Shown one piece after another: positions 11,500 through 23,690 of a DNA stretch of 50,944 nt (within the stretch, counting starts at the first letter, position 1; each line of letters opens with the position of its first letter). A program made the position numbers and the translations under genes. The stretch spans positions 64,781,442 through 64,832,385 of the forward strand of contig NC_068992.1 of NCBI RefSeq assembly GCF_001194135.2, given 5' to 3'. Origin of the DNA: Octopus bimaculoides (lineage: Eukaryota). The notes beneath the pieces are model-generated. The model had not been told where the DNA came from, made no database searches, and worked only from the letters and a program-made list of their open reading frames with translations.

Positions 11500-12520
11500 A
11501 GTTCTTTCAGTAACAGACGGAAAGAAAGATCTATAATGTTTGCTTCTCAGAGTTCGCCACAGAAAACACGATTCTAAAAGCCAAAATAAACACGAAACCT
11601 TAACGTTGCACACTATGTAAGAAAATAGCAAAGAGAGCATAGGGTATGATACGTACGATGATGCACAAGACCTGAGCATTAAAAAGATAGATTTAAAAAG
11701 AAACACAGAAGCAAAAAATAACAATATAATATGGAGTTTTGGAAGCGGGAAATGGTACAATGTATACAAGACATAATGATGAAAACGAAAATCATATAAA
11801 TAATAAATACTTAGAAATAAAACTGCTTAAGAATCATGGATGTTTATAATTATAATTAAAGAAAACCTTTCAAGAAAACATGAAAACTTTCTCGTAAGTA
11901 GACAGAAGACCTACTGAGGTAATCGGAAGAACTTTCTGGAAAAGAAAAGAACCCCAGAACAATCCGAAACACGATGTCATCTTAAAATACGATAAAGGAT
12001 AGAAAAGAAATGTAACGAAAGCTCAATACGGAAAAAATAAAAGAGAGCGATGTATATATATGAAAACACTTGCGGAATCAAGAGAGATAAGTATTGACAA
12101 CAATGTTAGCCGTAAAGATTTATGTAAATGAAAAGAAAAAACAACACGACTACGAGAACAAAACATAGCATATTATATAAAAGAAACAACAGCAAAAAAA
12201 GAAAAAAGAAAAAAGAAAAAAGAAATCATTGTGTATGATGTAAAAACTGAGATAGAAAAATATACAAGAACAAGAGCAGCAAAACATAGAAATCTGCAAA
12301 CAAAGTTGGCGGGAAGAAATGCACGGATAACTAAATTAGAGCTCACAGATATATATCAAAGAAATAATCAGATTAACCAATATTGTAATTCAACAAATCT
12401 TATTAGACATTGGCAATGATTTATACACACACACACACACACACACACGTATATATGTATATGGGTATATATGTGTGTGAGTATGAGTGTGTGTGGTGTA
12501 TGTGTCCGAATGTGTGTGTG

Positions 12521-12566
<46 letters not shown>

Positions 12567-13350
12567 ACATTTTGTACTCGTACATATCTATATAAAGTTT
12601 TATTATATATCTATATTATTTATATATTGTATTCTGTTATATATGTATAAATGCATCATACATCATATATACACACATACATATATATATATAATATGGG
12701 TATATATGTATTTACACACACACACACACACACACACTAATATGCGCATACATAGTGCAGGTCGTTGTTAATGTTACACGCATAAATGTCAATGTAGTCA
12801 CGCAGAATAAGTTAAACGATAAAAAAGAAAATGAAGAAAATATATTGAAGAAAACTCCTCGGCATAGATAAAGATTTCGAAGAGAATTGCATAAAATAAA
12901 AAATAAAAAAAACCAAAAGAAATATTTCTAAATATTAATTGAAACGCATTACCAAAAAATTTCTCAAGTGACACAAGAAGAAACATAAGAACTTGCAACA
13001 AATACAACGCAAAATGTGTGGAGAGGTTTCCAAAAGAAACAAGGATATTGAGAGAAGAACTTAGAAGAAACAATAACAATAGATCTTGCGATAAGATGTA
13101 AGAAAAACGAAACGTTGAAGAAGATATTATGTAAGTGGTAGATCGATATTGGATGAGATGTATTGATTGGTAAATGGTCGGACAATCATGTGGGCGAAAA
13201 GACTGTGAGAGCAGGGCAATAACGGGACAAAAGCAAGGCAAAAACTAGCTTCAAACAGAAGAAACTGTGACAGCAGATAAAAAAGATAAAGAGCTAGACA
13301 GGGGTGTTTGAAGAGTTTGTACAACGGACGAAAATACGCTTAGATATTAC
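11500..13350 (+). mobile_element. A-rich, decayed coding-like tract, possibly a non-LTR retroelement ORF relic, interrupted by microsatellites at 12420-12740
   Basis: Strong A/G strand skew over ~1.8 kb. There is a ~90-codon K/R/E-rich open stretch ending at 12419, and a frame with scattered stops at 12806-13375. No diagnostic motif was recognised. Confidence 0.25.
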
Positions 13351-13483
13351 AATTAATAATTATTACTGGCAGTAAGAGGTTAAAACTTTCTGCCTTTATA
13401 AAAGGAAAAATCAACATACTAAGTACCAGGCTTAAAAATAAAAACTAAAATCTTGGGTTGATACTTTCCAATAAAAATTCTTG

Positions 13484-13540
13484 AAGGTGGAGCCCCAGCA
13501 TGGCCGCAGTCTAATGATTGAAATGAGTAAAGGAAAAAGA
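13484..13540 (+). mobile_element. SINE family C 3' tail fragment
   Basis: GGTGGAGCCCCAGCATGGCCGCAGTCTAATGATTGAAATGAGTAAAGG resembles 5005-5050. Confidence 0.65.
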
Positions 13541-13574
13541 TAGAAGATAACTAGAGTGAGAGTGGATGAAAAGG

Positions 13575-13750
13575 AGTTGTGGGTGTTGAAATCACCAAGG
13601 GTGATGGCTTCACAAAGAGGGAGACGATATATAGTCGTCCAACTGTTGGCGGTTAGAGTAACCCGGTAGGCGGTTGAGACAAAAGAAAAATAACAAAAAA
13701 CGGGGCCGTTTTTAGTCATAGTAACGTGTGATCTAAATTCAATGGTCAAG
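13575..13750 (-). mobile_element. Possible LINE apurinic-like endonuclease relic
   Basis: The - strand frame gives ...IYRLPLCEAITLGDFNTHN, resembling the conserved hydrophobic-GDFN(A)H motif of CR1/L2/Jockey endonucleases. It is a single motif only. Confidence 0.4.
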
Positions 13751-13936
13751 GAGCTTTGGGAAGTTATAAGCCATTGTATCGACCCTCCTCTGGACTGGCA
13801 TTCTCTGTACGCATTCCGGAAAGTCGAAAGGTAAAGTCGTTCGTCGCCGATTTTGAATTCAGAATATACAAAGATGGCGACACAAAATACCTGAAGGTAT
13901 TGTTCGCCGCTCTGCCTATTCTGTAGTTCATCACTA

Positions 13937-14001
<65 letters not shown>
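13937..14001. repeat. (CTA)n microsatellite
   Basis: Seen directly. Confidence 0.97.
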
Positions 14002-14821
14002 GTTTTGGTCAATGAAAAATCCCCTGTGTTGTGTATGTGCATGTGTGTGTGTTTGTTGTATAACATTAAAACACAAAAGCGCTCGATACACTTCTTGTCA
14101 GAGTTGAGTAGCATCTATGATGTGACTGCCTATGAATGTACGTGTGTGTGTGAGTGTGTGTGTGTGAGTGTGTGTGTGTGTGTGTGTGTATGTGTGTGCT
14201 TGGGATTGTGCGTGTGTTTCTATTATTCTTATACACACACTGCATACACACGAACATATGCACACATTGTTCTGTCTTTTTAAGTCGATGTTTTTACAGC
14301 ATGTTTTATACATGTTTTACTACATGCGTGCGTTTGTGTGTGTATATCTGTGTGTGTGTGTTTGTGTGTGTATTTTAAATTTTGCGCATTTCTTTCTTTT
14401 TAATTCTCCAAAAGAAGACACCCACAAGTTGAATAATAACAGTATTTACAGAGAATTAAACAGCAATTTGGAACTTTTGCAATGTTCACTCATTTTCATT
14501 CTGTTTGTGAATGAAGGAATCGATTCCATTTGGATCTTCTGAAAATTCTGCCATTTATATCTGGTTCTCAGTCATGTTGACACTTATCCAAACGTCACAG
14601 AAGCTGCACCGAAAAGCAAAGTAGAAGCTGCAGACTTTTCATTAGCTTTTCTCTAAACATCCTCATTTAGCTTAGAGAGAATATTCGTGTTTTCATTGCT
14701 AGGCTTGTGCCTACGTAAGCATCTCCTGTAATACATATAGTAGTTGCATATTTGGACTTGCGTAGTAGTTTAGCTTGTGAATGCGAGTTCACTCCATCGG
14801 CCAGTCAAACAATAGTATTTA

Positions 14822-14823
<2 letters not shown>

Positions 14824-14880
<57 letters not shown>

Positions 14881-14913
14881 ATCTATCTGCATGCTCGTCT
14901 GCCTGCCTGCATA

Positions 14914-14958
<45 letters not shown>

Positions 14959-14961
14959 GTC

Positions 14962-14996
<35 letters not shown>

Positions 14997-15003
14997 GTCT
15001 GTC

Positions 15004-15052
<49 letters not shown>
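14824..15052. repeat. (CT)n/(CTGT)n/(CTAT)n compound microsatellite
   Basis: Seen directly. Confidence 0.95.
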
Positions 15053-15053
<1 letters not shown>

Positions 15054-15680
15054 ACACTTTCCTCATAGCGGCTGCTTTGAAAGAAGACATGTTAGAAAAT
15101 AGTAGAATATGCTGGAATAGAGAACGAAATACTTTCTGTTATTTGCTTGAATTCCATTCCTCAGAGCCCTCAATTCAAACCAAACTCTCTCCAAATCTCT
15201 CATTCCTTCAGAGACAATATGGTAAGTACATCTCATATCCTAAGGGCGTTTCATACTTATGTCGAAAAGAAATCAATGTTTCTAAATACGAAATAAATAT
15301 TTGCTAATCAGTAGAAGTCGCCGTCGAGACAATATCGCGACACAGTTTCGATTCGTTTCTCTGGTTTCTTAAAAGTTCAAAAGCAATGATACGACCAGAA
15401 GAGAAAATTTTTCACTTCCCTTTAAGTGTCTGTAGCTTGGTGCATAAATAAACATTATATTTACGGCTAGCAGAAAGAAAAGAATACAGAAAACCATAAA
15501 CATTTTGTTTCTTGGAATTCTTTGGATTGTTCCATTTTTCGTGTTTTTGTTTTTTTAAATTTTACATTTTAAGTAATAATTTTCTTCTAAATCTCTTTCC
15601 GTTTATTCTTTCACTTCTATAATGTTCTTGCTTTTAATCTACTTAAGAATGTTCGATCTGAATGGATTATGTCAACGAGA

Positions 15681-15730
<50 letters not shown>

Positions 15731-15790
15731 TACTACTGCTACTACTACTAATAATAATAATAGTAATAGTAATAATAATAATAACAAAAA
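15681..15790. repeat. (AAT)n with CTA interruptions
   Basis: Seen directly. Confidence 0.93.
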
Positions 15791-16248
15791 TAATAATATT
15801 GAACAAAACAAAGACAACAGTGATAACAATAATAAAAACAAATAATACAATCAAACAATAACGAACAAAGAAGGTAAAAATCTTAACAAACCGAACACAA
15901 TTACAAATATATAAAACTGAAAAAATCACAACAAAGATAAATTTAAACGATATACTTAAAATACTCAAGATTAACATGACATTAATGGTTTTCGTATAAA
16001 ACTTCGTAGAATGTTATTCCACGAGGAAAAATTTAAACCGTCAATAATAATAAATAAATTAGAGAAGAAAAAAATGAGTAAAAAACAAAGAATCGAAAAC
16101 TTGAAAAGTAAAATATATAATAAAAATTTAATAAAAACAAAACACAATGAAAATATTAAGATTGGCATCTGCCATTGTTTGCTGTTTGTTATCGCCTGTA
16201 TGTATGCCTATGCACACACGGACACACACACACGCACACACATACAGT

Positions 16249-16279
<31 letters not shown>

Positions 16280-16298
16280 GATATATAATATAATATAA

Positions 16299-16331
<33 letters not shown>

Positions 16332-16368
16332 TATATTTATTTATGTATACATACATATATAAATGCAC

Positions 16369-16406
<38 letters not shown>

Positions 16407-16822
16407 TTATGTACATACACATATAATATATAATATATATATGTATGTATGTATGTACGTATGTTTGTTTGTTTGTTTGTTTGTGTGTGTGTGTGGAGGG
16501 GGGTACTTGTGTGCATCTATGTGATTATGTGAATGTATATGTAAACGTGTGTCTGTGCTGACTTGTTGTTTTTCTTGCTTGCTTCGCTGGAATACTCTTA
16601 CGATCATATAATTATTCCTAATGACTATTTCTAATCTTTATTAGAGAGTCTGCAACATCTGTATCAATGCGAGTTTAATGATGGAGAGAGGGGAATGGGC
16701 GAGAAAGAGAGAGAGAGAGAAAGAAAGAAAAGACAAAAGGTAGAAAGGCTGAAAGCAAACTCAGTCTTTTTTCTATTTGCGTCCTTATGTTCGCTGTCAA
16801 ATTATACAAATTCTTCAAACGT

Positions 16823-16854
<32 letters not shown>

Positions 16855-16904
16855 CATACATACATACATACATACATACATACGACCCCTACACACATAT
16901 ATAT

Positions 16905-17270
16905 GTACTCAATCTTTTCGTAGACTGCGTGTTTATTAAACTTTTGCAAAGAAAAGTTTGAAGATTCCGAAGTTTCAGCCTCGTCGCCTTCGTCAGATTG
17001 TACTTTACTTGGGTTCATCTTGGTTTTGTAGTGTCTTTGGTAAGTTCTGTGTTTTAGCTTGGAGGGATAGGTGGCGCTATGACAAATGAAATTTGACTTG
17101 ATGTAGGTAGCCCGGGGAAGAAATTGTGTAGAGAAGGAAATAGAGCAGGACAACAGGAAAGTCTTTGTGTGTAGGATGTAGGTTGGTAGAAAGTTGTAAG
17201 TTGTGAGGTGATTTTCTTTGCTTTGATGTCAGAATTATATCATTGTTTAGGATTCATTCAACTATCGTTT
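16905..17270 (-). mobile_element. Penelope-like element 3' fragment with a decayed hammerhead motif
   Basis: On the - strand, a C/A-rich UTR-like tract is followed by CTGACGAAGGCGACGAGGCTGAAACTTCGG, then AATAAA, then a microsatellite. Confidence 0.55.
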
Positions 17271-17584
17271 TCTGGAAATGACAAATGACCATAATTTGGG
17301 AGGTATAGATTCACAGAGACGGAGAGTTTCAATTCCACAACTGTCAAAGAAATTTAAACTGACATCTAGCTATTAATTTGAAATACGATTTTGAAAATAT
17401 ATGTAGCCTAAACGCTGTATTGGCTTCAATGGAGGAGAATGTATATAGTATAGAAATGAAGAATCTATACACAGAAATATAAGTGAATAGAATTTAGTAG
17501 ATTGCCCGTTCACGATGTAGTTCCACCAGTTTTAACATATGGACCCACTGCTCACTTAAGTAGAATCCCAAAGTGACCAATGTA

Positions 17585-17776
17585 CAGGGTTTGTTGTTCA
17601 TTTGGTATAGCTATGCAAGGAACAACGCTTTCCAATTAATGGCCAATAAGTTATTTTAAAATTTTAGTGCTTAAATATGTTAGAATGTTATAGAATTAAT
17701 CGCTACAGAGTTTGCAGGGTTTGTTATTCATTTGGTATACTTATGCATGTTGTTCCCTTGGAACAACATAGCTTTC
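17585..17776 (+). repeat. Degenerate direct duplication, 130-bp offset
   Basis: CAGGGTTTGTTGTTCATTTGGTATAGCTATGCA (17585) vs CAGGGTTTGTTATTCATTTGGTATACTTATGCA (17715), 30/33 identical. Both are followed by GGAACAAC..GCTTTC. Confidence 0.85.
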
Positions 17777-18117
17777 GTTAAAATAAAAATGGGGTGCTTT
17801 TAAAATTTGCTGTTTATATGTAGTAGCATTCATCGTTTTTTTTTGTTTCCATGGTGGCGCTGTGTATGGACAATACTTTGCCAGGAATGGTAAATGTTGT
17901 CCATTTATGTTACAAGGAATTGTAATTCAGAAATTTCGCTTCTCTTTAGCTTTGTAAGACAAAATTGTTTTCGCTTTTGAAGACATTTATATATATTTTT
18001 GATTGAACTTGTGCGTGGAGCCTAGTGGTTGCAATGTAGGAAAGGTCTAATAACAAAAGGGTTATGACCGCAGCCTTTTCTCTTCATTTGACTATTAACT
18101 GCATAAATATTGATTTT

Positions 18118-18310
18118 AAATTTTGGAACAAGCCTAGTAATTTTGGGGTTAGGGAGTAAATTACATTGACTTCAGTGTTCAACTGGCACTTATTTTATCG
18201 ACCCCCGACAAGACGAAAGACAAAGAAAACCTCAGCAGAACTCAGAACGTGAGGAGGAAATGCAGTTAAGCATGTTGTCCGGCGTGCTAACGTTTCTGCC
18301 AGTTCGCCTA
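18118..18310 (-). mobile_element. SINE family B copy
   Basis: CTGGCACTTATTTTATCGACCCCCG..GAAAGACAAAG..GAACTCAGAACGT..TGTCCGGCGTGCTAACGTTTCTGCCAGTTCGCC is colinear with 42600-42749. Confidence 0.8.
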
Positions 18311-19214
18311 ACAACAGAAACATTAGTCACAGCACAATCACATTCATTTCTCATCGCCAACAGAAACGAGAAAATACATCCACCCCCTACTTTCACTCCC
18401 TAAACGCCACCACCACCACCACCACCATCATTTCTTACTGTCCATCATTATCATTGTAATGACCAGCAGTGCTTAAGTCATTATCACAAGTATTGCTGCA
18501 AAATTCTTTCCCCACAGACGTTGCCAGCCTCCTCCCTACCACACACCCAAACTCCATAAACACAAATGAAATCAGAAAGAAGATAAAAAAAAGCCTGGAA
18601 AATGTCATGTCTTCAAAATGTCCTTTACACATGAAGAATACATATTTTTGTTTCAGTATAATAAATATTTAAGTCTGAGCGATTGTTATAATTAGTGAAG
18701 AGAAGAGGAAACGAGGAGTTAATTTATTAAACGAGACACAATCAACTCGGTTTTTAAAAATCATTATCTAATAAAAAAAAAATACAGGAGATAAAAATTG
18801 GAAGTACACATGCTCCAATATAAATTTAGACACACACACACGCACACACACACGTACACACACACGCGTACACACACGTACACACACACACACATGTACA
18901 CACACATGCACGCACACACACACACACAGAGGACTTTATATTCCATTCTCAACGTGTCTTCTTTTTCTGTCTTCTACGCGTTTCATTCATTGGACTACGG
19001 CCATGATGGGGTAACGTTTGAAAGATTTAGTTGAGTAAATGGACCTCAGGACTTATTTCTTTGAAGTTTAGTGCTTTACCCTTCTCTTTTTGTTGATCCG
19101 CTAAGTTACTAACACGGGTTTTCAAGCGATTGTGGGGAACAAGCCCAAAGACACACACATGTCTGTCAGTCTGTCTGATTTTCTGTCTGTTAGTCTGTCT
19201 GTGAATGCTTGCAA

Positions 19215-19375
19215 CATTGTGGACTCGGCTGAAGGTACTCTAAGGGACCAAGTAGTACTTTAAAACTGGATTAAGAGCTAAGTTTAGCACCCAGGTAGGC
19301 CACAGCGGGATTTGAACTCAGATATTATAATTGCCGGAATAAACACTGCAAGATCTCCGGCTCCGATGTTGCTAT
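19215..19375 (-). mobile_element. SINE family B-related copy with a different 3' part
   Basis: GCGGGATTTGAACTCAG is the reverse of a B-box head, as in GCGGAATTTGAACTCAAAAC at 42660. Confidence 0.5.
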
Positions 19376-19399
19376 ATTTACATAGTTCTGATGAGTGAA

Positions 19400-19545
19400 G
19401 GGGCGTAGCTTCGTGGTTACGCTATTCGGTTCACAGTCGTAAAGTCATGGGTTCGATCCCTGACAGCATGCGATGTCTTTGAACAAAAGACACATTATTT
19501 CATGTTGCTCCACTCCACTCAACTGGCAACAATAAGAACACACGC
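19400..19545 (+). mobile_element. tRNA-headed CORE-like SINE, family D
   Basis: A-box-like TAGCTTCGTGG, B box GGTTCGATCCC, then TGTCTTTGAACAAAAGACAC-ATTATTTCATGTTGCTCCACTCCACTCAACTGG. Confidence 0.7.
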
Positions 19546-20325
19546 TTAATCGGGAAGACTTTCATTGGTGTGTCTTCAATGCACCGCAGGCGTACGATAC
19601 GTGATGACGACGACTGCCCTCCCACCACACCTCTCTGATTTGAAAATCTTTAGCATGAAATGATGTCACAATAGAAATATATTAGAAATTTCGGCCAAAA
19701 AAAAAAAAAAAAAGAAACAGGAGAAAGACAGCGAACGCGAGTTTTGCTAAATAGGTTCTTTTTAATTCTCTTATTTTAAAAAATTGATTCATATGACGTC
19801 ATAATTAAATGGTTTTATAATCATACAAAATATCGGGACTCCTGAAATCATTGAAAATTTATTAAGATTACGAATTAATTGCTTTAATGAAATTATTCCT
19901 TTATCAACGAAAGAAAACCATATCAATATTCTATACACACACACAGTATACAAACACATATATTTATTGAACGTAAAATGATGAGCGGTAAAAAGCAACA
20001 TCTTAGACAATCCACTTCTGAAAGTAATGATACAATCAAAAGAAATATACCTTTTATATCTCAGCAGTTCTTGTTACAAATGTTACGTTTAATATGAGGA
20101 CGAAATGGAAAATGTGGATCTGTGGCATTCATTATTTTCTCATTAACATTTTAAACGACAATGATGCGTGACAATTCCAAAAGCGGAAGTGGAATTCATT
20201 TTGGACTTGTGTTAATGCATTATAATACCAGAGCATCAAGGCAGATTGTTAGAATTAGTTCAATGTTGGACTGGAAGGTGTTTGAACATTAAACCCATCG
20301 CCTGCCACGAGCCCCGTTTGGGGAT

Positions 20326-20364
20326 CTGCTAAAAACAGTCTCACTGCTAAAAATAGTCTCACTG
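20326..20364. repeat. 18-bp tandem duplication (2.2 units)
   Basis: CTGCTAAAAACAGTCTCA CTGCTAAAAATAGTCTCA CTG. Confidence 0.9.
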
Positions 20365-20431
20365 TTCGTAGTATTAAAATGAATTACTTATATACATTTC
20401 ATTTGCAGAGGTGTGTTTAACAATATTTAGT

Positions 20432-20705
20432 AGTAAACACACCAAAACCTGTTGTAAAGCGATGGTGATGGGGGGGGNNNNNNNNNNGGGGGGGGGGGTC
20501 ACACACACACACACACACGCATACACACACTCACAAGCACATATATACACATACGAAGGGCTTCTTTCAGTTTCCGTTTACCAAATCCACTCAGAGGACT
20601 TTGGTCGGCCTTAGACTATAGTGGAAGACACTTGCCCACGGTGCCACACACCGGGAACCATGTAGTTGGGAAGCAAGCTTAACACACAGCTACGCCTGCA
20701 CCTAT
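20432..20705 (-). mobile_element. SINE family C: tRNA head, CORE-like segment, internal (TG)n, poly-C and the start of the 3' body
   Basis: The - strand reads GGTGCAGGCGTAGCTGTGTG..GGCACCGTGGGCAAGTGTCTTCCACTATAG..GAAACTGAAAGAAGCCC, then a microsatellite, then CACCATCGCTTTACAAC..GGTGTGTTTAC, which matches 4873-4910. Confidence 0.8.
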
Positions 20706-21071
20706 ATACATACACAGACGGACACATATAATTTGAACTATGAAGAAAGTCGCCGATTAATTGTCGAATATGGCAGTAATCGAATTTGTCTTCGATATAC
20801 ACCGATCGAAAAACATGCTCTAGCTTGGCCACAGTCGAATGACTATAACCAATAACAGAATGCGAGACCATAGAATAGCACTGTATGACTCGTGGAGATT
20901 CTCTGTAAGTAACGATGATGAAGTTTCTAATTAGAATTTTCTCAAATATAGAACTGCTATTTTCGTTCAGAGATAGTTTCATAACGTGACGCAAATATAC
21001 TTTAATAAACTGCCATGTTAATTTACATAACCACTGTCTTCAGCATTTAATTGCCCACACTGATCGCATTG

Positions 21072-21073
<2 letters not shown>

Positions 21074-21123
<50 letters not shown>

Positions 21124-21327
21124 TCATAGGTAGACATATTTCTATATATCTATCATCTATCTACATATCTATATCTTTACATGTATGCATACACACATAC
21201 AGATACACACACACATACGTAATATCTATATATATATATGTATATATATATATGTATAGACATTTGTCTATATATGTCTATCGTCTATCTATATGTCTTT
21301 ATCTGTATATATATCATCGCACACACA

Positions 21328-21403
<76 letters not shown>

Positions 21404-21420
21404 GACACACACACACATAT
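21074..21420. repeat. (CA)n/(TA)n/(CTAT)n microsatellite cluster
   Basis: Seen directly. Confidence 0.9.
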
Positions 21421-21964
21421 ATGGGCGGAACTGTTAATTTCAAATAACTACTGTTTGAAGAAAAAAAAAAAACTGGACAGAATGTTTATAATTTTAAATA
21501 GATATACCTATGAAGAATTTGAATAGAATTTATTGATTAGAGAAAGATGAAAGAAAGACGAAATATTTATTAAAAGATTACAGTATGGAGGAAGCATCGA
21601 TATTTATAGACTATCAAATTATAAAGTTCGATTAAGACCCACTCTGGGGATCCCCGGTATAAACCCGCATACTCACGGACACGCAAACCTTATGGTCCAC
21701 TGAAGAAAGCCACCGCTTCCCACTAGCAAGGGCACACTCCCCAATGTGCTTCATTCAGGCCACTTATTCTTCCTATTACAACTGTTTTTGATTCCTTGAA
21801 CAAGTTAATCTGTACCTCTGCGGGTGATGAGATAAAGTCGCAGTTAGGTTTGGAAACGATAAAATGAAGTACCAGTCAACTAATGGTTTCTTCTTTTGTT
21901 TCATTCCGCCATCTTCTTTTATGCAAATTAGTCTGCAGTTTTTTTCAACATCATTGAGCTCATT

Positions 21965-22070
21965 GTATACACTATTTACACTATTTACATTTGACGAATA
22001 TTTGTCCTTATCTTGTTTGTTAACACAGCGTTTGGGATGATATACTCTCCAGCCTTTTTCAGGTTCGATT
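21965..22070 (-). mobile_element. Decayed Penelope-like terminal repeat with a dead hammerhead motif
   Basis: The - strand reads CTGAAAAAGGCTGGAGAGTATATCATCCCAAACGCTGTGTT, which has hammerhead geometry but three core substitutions. Confidence 0.5.
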
Positions 22071-22264
22071 CCAAGCAGTGACCCGAAGAAGTTGCCAAGC
22101 TTCGGTGACTCATTGACTCAGCTGGATTTATGATTTCACTAGGTTAATTCTATTCATAAACATTTAAATAGGGAGTATTTCTCAAACAGTTAGCCTCACA
22201 TTTCAACAGCTTAACTGAAATTTAGACCACGTAACAGGGACTGAGAGGGATATCATGGAATAGA

Positions 22265-22375
22265 GAAACTGGGTGATACAAATAATCTGACATTATTTTT
22301 GAATGCTGCATGCAAAAACATACAAGATACAAGTATTCTTTTTCTTGGGACAAATTCTTCGACCAGCCCTCTAGC
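22265..22375. mobile_element. Possible Tc1/mariner-type non-autonomous fragment
   Basis: It ends in TTCTTCGACCAGCCCTCTA, resembling the reverse of mariner-type TIRs (TACGAGGGCTGGTC...), recalled from memory. Confidence 0.3.
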
Positions 22376-22489
22376 ATATTGTTGGTACTTATTTTAAAGA
22401 CCATAATGTAGGCTTCAATAGGATGCGAACTCAGTACCTAATTCACAAAGGAAGTCAATGGAGGTGGGTTGGGTTGGGGCTCCAGGCGG

Positions 22490-22712
22490 TTTTTTAAAAC
22501 TGCTAAGAATAGCAGCTAACTGTTCATTAAATTATAAAGTCATATCATTGAAGGACACACTGGATAATGGAATCCTAAATTTATTCTACCCGGGAGAAAA
22601 AGAAAAAGAAAACTGATACGCCAGAATGGTCAGGCTGGAACGCTTTTGATATGAGATGTGGATCAGGTGTGATATTGGGTTAAAGACAGTACAACCACAG
22701 CAACAACATCAA
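22490..22712 (+). mobile_element. Dispersed retroposon family E with a (CAA)n tail
   Basis: CTGCTAAGAATAGCAGCT..GGACACACTGGATAATG..ATGGTCAGGCTGGAACGCTTTTGAT..GGGTTAAA..CAACAAC is colinear with 46340-46505 (+) and 43322-43545 (-). Confidence 0.65.
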
Positions 22713-22947
22713 CACTGGAACGAATGTACTGCTATAATCATTTACAACCCTTATTCCTGTATGATTGAAATCCAAAACGGTGAGAAAGACTTCCTTTGAT
22801 AAAGAAGTGAAAGGAAAGAGAGTGAGATTAAGCAGATGTTTTCAGATAAGACCAAAGAAGTGGTCATTGTTCATGTAATTGCTTTCTGGCAGCACAACAT
22901 TAGCAATGGCCATTACACAATATTACTACAATAGCTGCAATCATTTT

Positions 22948-23006
<59 letters not shown>

Positions 23007-23094
23007 NNNNNNNNNNNNNNNNNNNNNNNNNNNNNNNNNNNNNNNNNNNNNNNNNNNNNNNNNNNNNNNNNNNNNNNNNNNNNNNNNNNNNNNN

Positions 23095-23140
<46 letters not shown>

Positions 23141-23449
23141 GTGTAAAACAATTTGTGCCGTGACAATGCGTTGTTAGAGATTAGTTACTATAACATAATT
23201 CTTAGGAAACTTCATATATGAATGTAACCGATTATATACTCCCACCTATTAAATAAAAATATCATTATACACCATTGACACCGACAATATCTCATGCCTA
23301 CACGTTTCTGGAGAATTATTGATTTTGAGTGACTCTACAAAAACATTCTTTCCAAGTACAAATTTTATAAGAAAAGGTTTTTGTGGATTGAGACGCCATA
23401 ATTGAATGCTGTCGAACATGGGTTAAAGAGGGTTTCACAACGTGTCATT

Positions 23450-23510
23450 CCTCTTTCTAGAAATAGCAGCCAAATGTCTTCGCTAATCATCGCTGTATCG
23501 TCTTTGAAAC
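23450..23510 (+). mobile_element. Family E fragment
   Basis: CTAGAAATAGCAGCCAAAT is the conserved block of the family. Confidence 0.45.
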
Positions 23511-23585
23511 CTTTTCTCCTTTACCTGTTTCAGTTACTGAAGTGCAGCCATGCTGGGATATCACCAAGAAGGATTTTAGTCAAAT

Positions 23586-23690
23586 AAATCTCACTACTTT
23601 ATAGTTTTAAAATCTGGTACTTATTCTATCGGTCCGTTTTCCGAACTGCTATGTTACGGGGGCGTAAATAAACCAACACAGTTGAGATCT
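23586..23690 (-). mobile_element. SINE family C 3' fragment
   Basis: GTACTTATTCTATCGGTCCGTTTTCCGAACTGCTATGTTACGGGGGCGTAAA is approximately the reverse complement of 4905-4960. Confidence 0.75.

Noticed and set aside
19388-19420. CTGATGAG hammerhead half
   Set aside because: There is no downstream stem or GAAA; it runs into a SINE head.
21690-21725. CTGAAGA-AAGC-CACC-GCTT hammerhead-like start
   Set aside because: It is followed by CCCA rather than GAAA, and stems I and III are absent.
18436-21740. Further minus-strand exon-like bits (NTCDNDLSTAGHYNDNDG at ~18439-18495; GSGGFLQWTIRFAC at ~21677-21722)
   Set aside because: The donors are good but the acceptors are modest and the peptides unrecognisable; they cannot be distinguished from chance.
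22063-22135. Plus-strand exon-like GSIPSSDPKKLPSFGDSLTQLDL*
   Set aside because: The apparent acceptor is the antisense of a decayed PLE hammerhead core, so a repeat origin explains it.
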